The position numbers and the translations under genes were made by a program. From NCBI GenBank assembly GCA_951406725.2, contig OX597814.1, positions 41,726,001-41,790,000 of the forward strand: DNA of 64,000 nucleotides, in the 5' to 3' direction. Under the pieces are notes generated by a model. That model saw nothing but the letters and a program-made list of their open reading frames with translations, was not told the origin of the DNA and ran no database searches. The DNA is from Octopus vulgaris. Taxonomy: Eukaryota. Positions 53,797 to 64,000 of the stretch are shown here, piece after piece; the first letter of the stretch is position 1; the number at the start of each line of letters is the position of its first letter.

Positions 53797-54010
53797 CTGT
53801 TGTTGTTGCTGTTTTTGTTGTAGTAGAAGCAGTAGCAGCACCTGCAGCAATTGAAGAGGTGAATAGTAGTAACGGTAGCGGAAATACCAGCAGCCGTAGC
53901 AGCAGCAGTAATATCATCTTTACTAGTAGTAGAAGGCGGAGTAGGAGGAGGAGGGGGAACATCGATAGCGACAAATAGTAGTAGTAGAAGTAGCAGCAGC
54001 AAAAGCAGCA
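53395..54010. repeat. Long compound (TAG)/(CAG)/(TTG) trinucleotide region
   Basis: Seen directly; source of the poly-S/V/T/L ORFs. Confidence 0.95.
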
Positions 54011-55039
54011 TGTCTATGATCATCATTTGGATAGTTGTAGTAGCAAAGCAATAGAAGCAACAATGTTGTTATGTACTTCAAAACAACACAATGTGGTCTG
54101 CCGAACATATCACATCGGATCTCACAGAATTACAGACGCAAAAACAATTCTCTTTTAAAAAGAAACAAATGCCATAACGACGACAAAAATTAAAAGCAAA
54201 TGGAAAGACAAAAACAATATCAATAACTACTAATAAGACGCTCATTGTATGGAAATGCGAAGAATATCCGAGATAAAATTTAGAAATACAAATACGCTAC
54301 GATGTATACAGACGCACATATGAATCAAAATCAGGACCGAAAGACACATAAACGGATAAAGGAAAATAAATAAAGGAGTGGGGAAGCGAAGTAATTACGG
54401 AAGCTGTAAGGATGTTTCGAATAGAAAGGGTAAACAGGAAAGATTGAGCATTAAAAAAAAATTGGGGGCAACAACTACAGCAACAAACATAATAAATGCT
54501 TAAAGAAAATTGGAAAGGAATTCTGATGAGTAATTGGTGAGATTGAAAAACAAAAAGGGAGAGTAAATGAAGAGAGGTAAGGGGATCAGAGAATAGGTTG
54601 GTGTGACAGATAGAGAGAAAAGTATGTGGAACAGGCAAGTCAGAATCAGGAAACCAAATAAAATGAACGACTAGCAGAATGAGAAAAAAAAAAAGAGGAA
54701 AGGAAAATGTGAGAGGAATATGGTATAAGAATATGAAGACAAATCAGTACAGGAGAATTTTATTTAAAAACTAGAAAAATGTATAATGACTAAAAAAAAA
54801 GCGGGGAGAGGGAAAAATGGAAATAAAATCATAAACAGACAAGTAAATATAATACAATTGACAGAATATTCTTGTATGATATGAGAAAAAAAGAGGGAAA
54901 ATACGGGGAAAAAAGAGAATACGACAGAAATATTGAATGAACAAATTGTATCACTCTCTTGGACCGTTGGTTAACCGATAGGTGATGTGAGTATGTGTGC
55001 GTTTCAAAAAGTGAGTATGTGTGTTCGTGTAATATGTGC

Positions 55040-55084
<45 letters not shown>

Positions 55085-55089
55085 AAACG

Positions 55090-55450
55090 TGATACAGGGG
55101 GAGAGACATAAATTTGATAAAGAAAAACAGACTAAAAATACTTACCTTAAATATATTCTTATATTACATTATTACAAAATGATTAAAATCGTAAAACATA
55201 ATTTAATCCTAAATAAGATAGAATCATTCTGCGAGGTATTTTTTCGTTTAATTTGTTGTCATATGTGATGGAATAACTTTGTATTTGTTTACAATGGAAG
55301 CGAGGAAAGAAATCCCTAGTAACAAACTGGAATATGGACGGGAGGGGAAGTTATTCAATCTTGTTTCACCCAGCCTTTCAAAAAATATTGTCAGTATGAC
55401 GAAGAAGATTTAAAAAGGAGCAGGAGTCAGTGATTGGAGAAACACGACTA
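55090..55450 (-). mobile_element. Very decayed mariner-like 3' fragment
   Basis: Minus strand LRHTDN...FPSRPYSS..DFF resembles HHDNA...HPPYSPDLAPxDF. Confidence 0.4.
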
Positions 55451-56221
55451 AAATCTCTGTCGATCTTAGTAAAAAGCATGAGGTTTTGTGGTCGATGTGT
55501 ATCAGTTTTCATAATCTAACAGCACATCCCCAGGTTATTAAAGTGTGTAATTCTTAAGCATTTTTTCAGTTAAATCGTTTGATTTCAGAGCCGAAAAAAA
55601 AAAAGAATAGAATTAAAAAGAGAAAATACAACATACATTGTTTGCGTCAGATTGCACAATTTTATTTATTAATGTTTCTGATTATATTTACATATTCAAT
55701 AGAACAAAAATTTATATATATAAAAAGAAAGGCTATTCCAAACAAAACCTATATCCTCCAGGTAACTCGTACTGGGAGCATGAAAAGCAAAATAAAGTAG
55801 ACAAAGTTCAGTATAAAACAAACTTATCAGTGGATAAAATGACTTACAGATTGGGTAATATTATTGTAGGTGAACTTTCACGGAAAGAAAAAACAAACAT
55901 ACTTAGAAAACATTGGATACTTTAAGTGGAGATATGAGAAGATGGAGTTGATTGATAGAGCTTGAGCTGCATCGAAATGATGACATATATTTTGTTTTGC
56001 TTTTTAATTAACCGTGCGACAGCGATACAGCTCTTGATTAATTATTATCCATATACATCAGTATATTGCAAAAGAAGTTTTTTATGTAACAATACACACA
56101 TACATACACACACACACACACACATATATATACATGTGTGTGTGTATGTGTGTGTATATATATATATGTACATATATATATATACACGCACACACGTGTG
56201 TGCGTGCAGTTACACAATTAA

Positions 56222-56267
<46 letters not shown>

Positions 56268-56307
56268 GCACACACGAATGTGTATGTATGTGTGTAGAAG
56301 CATTAAA

Positions 56308-56536
56308 TGGGCGAACGGTAAGAACCGTTAGCATGCTGGACAAAATGCATAGCGGATTTTCTACCTGCTTAACATCCTAAGTTCGAGATCCTCAAAAGTT
56401 GGCCATTTCTTCATCCTTTCCGAATTGTTGAAATAAATACCAGTTGTGCAATAGTGCCCATTTAATCAACTCGCGCACTCCCACTCAAGCTTTCAGTTCT
56501 CTGCCTATAATAGAAAGGGTATATTCCTGAGTACAT

Positions 56537-56592
<56 letters not shown>

Positions 56593-56603
56593 TAGACACT
56601 CAC

Positions 56604-56640
<37 letters not shown>

Positions 56641-57270
56641 AATATATGACAATACAGCGCACGAAACAACCAGGTATACTGACATCGAACAATCGCTGGG
56701 CAGCATGTCAGGTTATACATGATTAGAAATTTTAACAAAAAGCCCGTATGATATTGGTTTCAAAATTTTTGCCAAAAGGTCAGCAGTTTTGGGGGCGGGG
56801 ATACGTCGAGTTCATCGACCTCAGTACCCTACTTGGTACTTATTTTATCAAGCCCGAAAGGCTCAAGGGCAAAGTTGGCCCACGCAGAATTTGAACTCAG
56901 AATGTCGGACGAACGGAATGCCGATAATCATTTTACCCGGCGTGCTAACGCTTCTGATAGCACGCCGCAAACTCACATTATATTGATAATAGTTACAATA
57001 AATTTCAAACTATCTTTACGTCTATACGAAATATACATTATATATATTTCTTTACAAGCCACAAGGGGCTAAACACAGAGGGGGACAAACAAGGACAGAC
57101 AAACGGATTACGCCGATTACATCGATCCCAGTGCGTAACTGGTACTTAATTTATCGACCCCGAAAGGATGAAAGTCGACCTCGGCGGAATTTGAACGCAT
57201 AACGTAACGGCAGACGAAATACGGCTACGCATTTTACCCGACGTGCTAACGCTTCTGATAGCACACCGCA
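56308..57270. mobile_element. Three copies of the dominant SINE: 56308-56522 (+, decayed), 56755-56968 (-), 57046-57270 (-)
   Basis: tatcgaccccgaaaggatgaaag..tcgacctcggcggaatttgaac and cgtgctaacg (reverse complement of core and head). Confidence 0.85.
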
Positions 57271-57779
57271 AACTCACATTATATTGATAATAGTTACAAT
57301 AAATCTCAAAGTATCGCTACATCCATGGGAAATATACATTATGTATATTGATTAACGAGCAGCTAATATAAGGAATTTTGTTGCTACTCATTTACAAAAT
57401 TAAATTTCTAAATCTCACATACATATTATATGCGTGTGTAAAAATTTCGTGTATGCAAAATCCGTTAACCCGAACCTCGCTTACACATTGATATTTATGT
57501 TATAAAGTTGTTATGCATTCTTGTTTTGAAGTAAGTAATCACCTTGATCCATTGGCTGAAGCAAAGAAGTTCTTTCCTTTCGCGTAAACCGAAAGCTCAT
57601 TTAAGTTTAATAGGGTTTTTGCTATATTTTTGAAAATATGTCATGCTTTGTTGAAAATATTCCCTCTGGTATAGCACCTCCCTAAAGCAGGACAAAAATG
57701 TTTGGCTTTTCGTTATGCATAACTTATAAAGGTTAGATTAGAGGCAAATTCAATTTTGCGTAAATCTTGAAATTGTTAA

Positions 57780-58330
57780 AAGATTAACGGCTTTAATTTC
57801 ATGTCACCTGAGGTATTTCTTTCAGGAAGAAACGTTAAATAATTTTTATATCTGTGTTGATATTTCTTCTTGAGATATTTTAGCTGGCACGAGTTTATTG
57901 ATAAGGACTGTTTCATCATCAACCTTTCCTTGCTCTGGTCTGTAGCCTCTAAGGTAATTTTTCAGCTTTTGAAGATAATTAGAAGCAGCTTTTGTATCAG
58001 CACTGGTAACTTCACCAGATAATTTAATGCAATGCAACTTTAAGAGCTTCTTATAACTTTCAATCCACTACCCGTTAGGAATTTCAACTCCCTTTTTTTT
58101 TCATTGTTTTTTTTTGTTTTGTTTTTTGCATATCTTCATACTTACTTTTTGCTTAATTATCATTGCTCTTATCGGTAAAATGTATAAACACATATACTTG
58201 ATCCATACCCCAAAAATCCTTCACACTTTCAGTATTAGATTGGATCTACAAGAAAATATAGTCCGATCACTTAACGGCGTAGGCTCTGGATCACTTGGGT
58301 TAAACTTCTTCCCACTGTACGCATTGCAAG
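57780..58330 (-). mobile_element. pogo/Tigger (CENP-B-like) transposase remnant
   Basis: HCIKLSGEVTSADTKAASNYLQKLK...GYRPEQGKVDDETVL matches the Tigger pattern GEAASAD...YxPEQVFNxDETGL. Confidence 0.8.
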
Positions 58331-59399
58331 TGTTAACGTTTGGCACATTTATTTTCTTTCAAATCAATATATATATTTTTAAATATCAGCTTTAATATCC
58401 AGTGTAATTCGTTTTCATTTCTTTTCTGCAATATCACAATCAACTCCATTTGATGACATCTTTTTAGACATCTGAGATTTGATGAACACATATCCACAAC
58501 AAATAATTTGTGAGAGCGAAGGATTCTTGACTTCTTTATATGGATGAAATAATTGACTTGGGATCATGAAATGGTAAAGGAGTGATGTAGAATGAACTGG
58601 TGCATGATTACGGCTAGTTGAATTGTTACTAGATTCATGCGTACTTCGTCCCTTACAGCAATAACTTCATCCATAAAAAAAATCTGCAGTCTACTCCTCC
58701 ACACACAAACACACGCACTCTTACAGAAACATGCACATACACGCCGTTGTGTTGGTACATAACATATGTAGCTACAGACATTCCTGCGGACTGATATGAT
58801 TATTCTTGCCCGACAATTTGCTATCCAAACTTTGATAGGTTGTTCTGTGACAGTGGTGCTGCTTGCATTCGTTTCCGTGTACAAGATGATGGGTGAATTA
58901 CTGGTGGTGACGTTGTGCATATTGTTCTTGTTAATTCTGTTGTTGTTCCAGATTCGTCTCTATTTAATTCTCCTGAGTCAATATGAAAGTCATTTCATTT
59001 TAATTTTGGTGCAATGCTTGGCCAGTATTGTCAGAGCCGGGGGAAAGTCTTTTCCTCTGTTGGATTTATTTACACACGAATTCACATCTCAGTAATCATT
59101 CACAGCCAGCTTTTGGGATAATTAGTTCGACATAAATTCAAACGATTTCTAAGATATTTCCGCCTCCGTAAAGGTATATATATATTCGCCATTACGTATT
59201 CTTCTTTAGTGCAGTAAATTTGACTTATTGCTGTTTGCAGAAATCATTATAGTTTCGTTATTGATAGGTATACTCAATAGGCTCATTGATCCGTTGACAA
59301 AAATTTACCGACATAGAAATTTAAATCTACTTTCATCAGAATAATTTCAGTTCATATATGCATCTGCAACCACGCACCTGGACGCGCGTACACACATTC

Positions 59400-59455
59400 G
59401 TATATATATATGAGTGTGTTTGCGTGTGTACGGATTTCTATGTATATACTGGACA

Positions 59456-59498
<43 letters not shown>

Positions 59499-59842
59499 CA
59501 TGCAAAAACACACATACATACACACATGCAAAAACACACATACATACACACATACATACATACAAATACACACATACACACACATACACACACTTATATG
59601 TATATACGCGCGTGTGTGTGTGTATGTGTATATTTGTATGTATGTATGTGTATATATATATACTCATTGTCCAGTATATATATATATATATAAGTAGAGT
59701 TATATATCGTATAATATGTATATAAACATATGTATTTAAATGTGTGTACATATATATATATACATATGTGTATGAGTGTGTGTGAGTATGTGTGTGAGTG
59801 AGTGTATGGGTGTGTGTGTGGGAGTGTGTGTGTTTATGTGCT

Positions 59843-59874
<32 letters not shown>

Positions 59875-59880
59875 AATATA
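59400..59880. repeat. Degenerate (TA)/(CA)/(TG) low-complexity region
   Basis: Seen directly. Confidence 0.93.
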
Positions 59881-60308
59881 TGCTGACAGGGTCGTGGCTG
59901 AATAGTTAAGAAATTCTCTTCGCAACAATGTGGATACGACTTTATTTACACTTTGTGTCCACGCATCCAAACGACTTGCCATAGTCTCGAATTAACGCAT
60001 GTTCTGAGTGCATTTCATTACACTAAAGCAGTGATACACTGCCTCATGCATACACAAGTTTCGCAATATGTCTCACGTTGATTGTACTTGAGAATTACCT
60101 TTAGGTTACATGTATCCATATAATATTCAGTCGTTCGTATTCTAATTCAATGAATAGACCTTGCAGTTCATCGAAACACTTCATGTTCATTGGTCGAAAA
60201 CGGTGATAGTTTACTATACATGCGTGTGTCAGCATATATCTCTATGTGCATATGTACAGCTGTGTGTCTATCTTTGTCTCCCTCTTTCTCTCCCTCTCAC
60301 CATTTCTC

Positions 60309-60339
<31 letters not shown>

Positions 60340-60464
60340 GTATATATATATATTTACATACAGACTTACACCACACACATGTTTGTATTTATATGTATGT
60401 ATGTATGTATATATGTATTTATGTATGTATGTATGAATGTATGTATATATATATATATATATTA

Positions 60465-61010
60465 TGAGAATTGAAGCTCCCCAAAGGTCAATCACAAAAA
60501 AGATAGATGGCATGTCAGACCTTGACTACTGGGGTAGACTAGAGAAGCTGAAATTGTATTCACTCCAACGACGCCGTGAACGCTACATTATCTGTATGAT
60601 GTGGAAAATATTCCATCAGCACTGTCCGAATGATGTTGGCATCACCTTCAAAATGCATCCAAGGCTTGGACCACGTGCCATCCGTCCACAACAAAAATCT
60701 AAATCGCATCACATAACGACAATACGGCACAACTATTTCACCTCAATTGGACCCGCTCTCTTCAACATTACACCAGGACACGTCAAAAAAGAAACTGACC
60801 ACACAAAATTCAAGAAGTCTTTGGACAAATTCCTTCAAACAGTACCGGACAAACCATCCACACCCGGATATGTCTCCACAAACAATAACTCTCTGCTCGA
60901 ATGGGCCTTGGTGCCCAAATCCTGAACTGAAAGACTTCGCCAGGTGGTGCTATTAAGTTAGACATGGCCTGGGCCAATACTAGCCAAAAACCTTTCTAAG
61001 TTATTCTAAG

Positions 61011-61012
<2 letters not shown>
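60465..61012 (+). mobile_element. CR1-like LINE 3' end, 5'-truncated, frame still open
   Basis: IEAPQRSITKKIDGMSDLDYWGRLEKLKLYSLQRRRERY...GPALFNITP...FKKSLDKFLQTVPDKP...NNNSLLEW; ends in (ttctaagtta)2. Confidence 0.92.
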
Positions 61013-61056
<44 letters not shown>

Positions 61057-61128
61057 ATTTATATATATTTACATAGAGACTTACACCACACACATGTTTG
61101 TATTTATATTTATGTATGTATATATATA

Positions 61129-61192
<64 letters not shown>

Positions 61193-61249
61193 CATATATA
61201 TATATTTACAAACAGACTTACGCCACACACATGTTTGTATTTATATATG

Positions 61250-61303
<54 letters not shown>

Positions 61304-62032
61304 TGTACACACGGGCAAAGAGGAAGGAAGAGAATTAGTGAGATAGAGAGCCTTTGGTATATACAGATGTGATTAAATGTACTTTTTGTATTTTTCTAGG
61401 TGGTTAGATATCAATAAATATTTATATATACATTACCTTTTAGTGTTTAATAATAAAATACCTTCTCCTATTTCTCATTATATGTTTACCATCCCATTCG
61501 GATGGAAATTTCTGAAATACTATTATGTTTCCCGATGCTTTTATAGCTCAACACATCGTACCTCTTTGTTACTATCCATCTATAACTAATTTCATCCGAC
61601 ATCTTACTGATATACCTTCAATATTTAGTAGTGTCAATGCGTCCAGAGTTATCGTTTTCTATTTTTATGTATTAATTTTATTTTAAGTGAATGAAAAGAG
61701 AATTTTCTTTTTTGTGTCGTTGTTGTTTTTTGTAAAAAAAAATTAAATAATATATGGGCAATGTAAGAAGAGCTTAATATCATTCCATAACGAAAAAATG
61801 TACAGTCCGGAGAGAATGTACTGAAACCGATTAAATAAAACAGAATTTTTTATAGTGGGAAAAAGAAATGTAATAAGCAATAATAATTCTCTAAAAGGGA
61901 TATAGACAGTAACTGCTCGATAACATAAGGGACTAAAGCCATCTGAATATGGCTAGGGACAGGGCAGGGTGGTGGGGGTGTTACTGTTGCATTTAGCCCC
62001 AGGCGAACATCGACGTCACCAGAAAGGCTCGA

Positions 62033-62270
62033 CTACTGATATTCCACTGGATAGCTCTCTCTCATATATTATGATTACAATTCACTTTATGGTCCTTTAG
62101 TATTTTTTTATTATTATCATTATTATTATTATTATTTATTATTATTATTATTATTATGATGATGATGATGATGATGATGGTGGTGGTGCTACTGATATTC
62201 CACTGGACGGCTCTCTCTCTCATATATTATGTTTACAATTCACTTTATGGTCCTTTAGTATCTTTTAATA
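62033..62270. repeat. Direct duplication of ~75 bp separated by a trinucleotide tract
   Basis: ctactgatattccactgga...acaattcactttatggtcctttagtat at 62033 and 62189. Confidence 0.92.
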
Positions 62271-63139
62271 TTATTAATATTATTGTTGTCGTTGTTGTTG
62301 TTGTAGTTGTTGTTGCTGTAGTTGTTGTTGTTATGCTACTATCTATATTATTTTGATTTTGGGTTTGCTGGGTGGTCACTTGAAACCTACGTAGAACAAC
62401 ACTAAACGCTCTGCAATATTTAAATTTAACACTTTTACGTTGTGAGTTCAAATCCTGCTTGATTTTTGTATATCATTTTTCCAGTATTCGGGAATGCAAA
62501 GTATAAAAGTCAATCATTGTTTATTGTTTAATCCTCTATAGCTCTGCCCGCCAATCTATGACTTTACGTTTCTATAACATTAGATATTCTTTCGATTTTG
62601 GATGAATTCTTTGGCGGAATTGTCAGAGAAACGGTAAAAAGTATTCTGCTTTGTTGGATATATTTAGGGATGATTTCAAATCCTAGTAATCATTGACAGC
62701 CAAATAGTGAGATAATTAGTTTCATATACATTTCCATGGTGTCTGAGGTATTTTACCCTTCTTATAAATTACCCAATTCTTTGAAACAATTGTGAAATAT
62801 GTAGATTATTCTAAACAATTATTTCAAATTTTGGTACAAGACGAGGAACATCGGGGAGGACGTAACTTGATTATATTGACCGCAGTACTCACCGATTACT
62901 AATTTTATCGAACTTGAGAGGATGAAAAGCAAGTATTTGAACTTAAGATGTAAGGATTGATGAAATGCTGCAAAGCGTTATGCCCGGCAAGCTAACGATA
63001 CAGCCAGCTTGAAGCTCTGATTATTTTACGTATCAAATGCTAAATTAGCTAGTGTGTGCTTCGATAAACAGAGAGTTGAATGCCTCTATATCGTCAAATA
63101 TTGCAGAAGCTTTCCAAAGTCATTCTTCGGTGTTGTAGG

Positions 63140-64000
63140 GAACTAAAGTAAGGAGTGCTTATATTTTATTGGTATTCGTGTGAGTGTTCACGGGACAGAA
63201 TAGTCTGGGAACAGAAGTATGCAAGCCGAAATGATTCTCGGTCGAAGTGACAGGGTACAGTGAAAAAAAGTACTGAACAGATGGGTTAGCCTGTTTTTCG
63301 ATTGTACTGAGCCCAGATCTACGAAAGATGTGCTGATGTTGGCGAACTACTCGATTAATTTCAGTGATGCGCACAAGATTTCTTTTTACTATACGTTTAA
63401 ATTGTGTTGACATCAAGTGATTGTTGAGTGGGAAGATTCAAAACCACGCATGTCAAATAGTGGTGATGTCACTGAGAAGCAGCCCAAAACATGAGTATAT
63501 GGTATTTCAAACCCGTAAATCTAGACGTGCCTGAAAAGAGCGGTCGGTTTCAACTTCGTATTCAGTACAACGTCATATATTCTGGGGTGAAAATAAAAGG
63601 CTATCTATCGAAGTGTGTTATCCACATCATCTCAGCTCTGCATGTCATAATTCTAGAGTCTTTGATATTAACATATGAGATTTTGATTTATATTCCACTT
63701 GAATTAGGACACAGGAGAGCTTAGTCTGTATACACTCGCATCACTGTCGTGGTGTCGGATATTTCAACAAGCAATGTGGTCGACATTAGTCTAGAGAAAT
63801 ACGAGATAGAAGGAGGAGCATTTAGTAAAAGCGATAAGTTCTTTGTCATGTTTTTTAATAAGTGATGGGCCAAGTCTATACTTGATTTCGGCTTATATGA
63901 CTGGATCATAAATCGAAACTAGGAGCATGGCATAAAGCACGAAGCATGCCTGCAGGTAGGTAATAAACAGTAAATGTCTACGAACATGAAGTAAAGATTC
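63140..64000 (+). mobile_element. Tx1-like LINE RT fragment, heavily decayed, runs off the window end
   Basis: ELGHRRA*SVYTRITVVVSDISTSNVVDISLEKYEIEGGAFSKSDK aligns with ELGCGRFVSAYA...IGTTLRKYEAVIEANIAEEK at 48760-48895. Confidence 0.6.

Noticed and set aside
60437-60925. 162-aa ORF (and the 171-aa ORF at 25092) as host genes
   Set aside because: Both are CR1-like LINE ORF2 C-termini, with starts supplied by flanking sequence.

Overview
AT-rich eukaryotic non-coding DNA, dense in microsatellites and decayed transposable elements. The SINE families and repeat style resemble an octopus/coleoid cephalopod genome (inference from recognition, not a database result). I found no intact host gene, rRNA, true tRNA or CRISPR. 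Most listed ORFs are microsatellite artefacts and the rest are transposon remnants: Penelope-like elements (PLE), R4/Dong-like restriction-endonuclease LINEs, Tx1/L1-like LINEs, CR1-like and RTE LINEs, mariner, a DD37D (maT) element, Tigger/pogo, a Helitron-like element and several tRNA-derived SINEs. Main observations: (1) several type I hammerhead-ribozyme-like motifs inside short, self-complementary non-coding repeats, one with an intact core at 19461-19539, suggesting PLE pLTR or retrozyme-like elements; (2) three paralogous Tx1-like ORF1 relics within 6 kb, two of them head-to-head around a hammerhead-related palindrome; (3) a 3' tail shared by the dominant SINE, Tx1-like LINE ends and an ORF1-only element; (4) a 10-kb nest of elements inserted at (TAA)n tracts, including a 540-bp non-coding element that shares its 5' end with an internally deleted R4/Dong-like element. 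All alignments and folds were done by eye, and boundaries of decayed elements are approximate.
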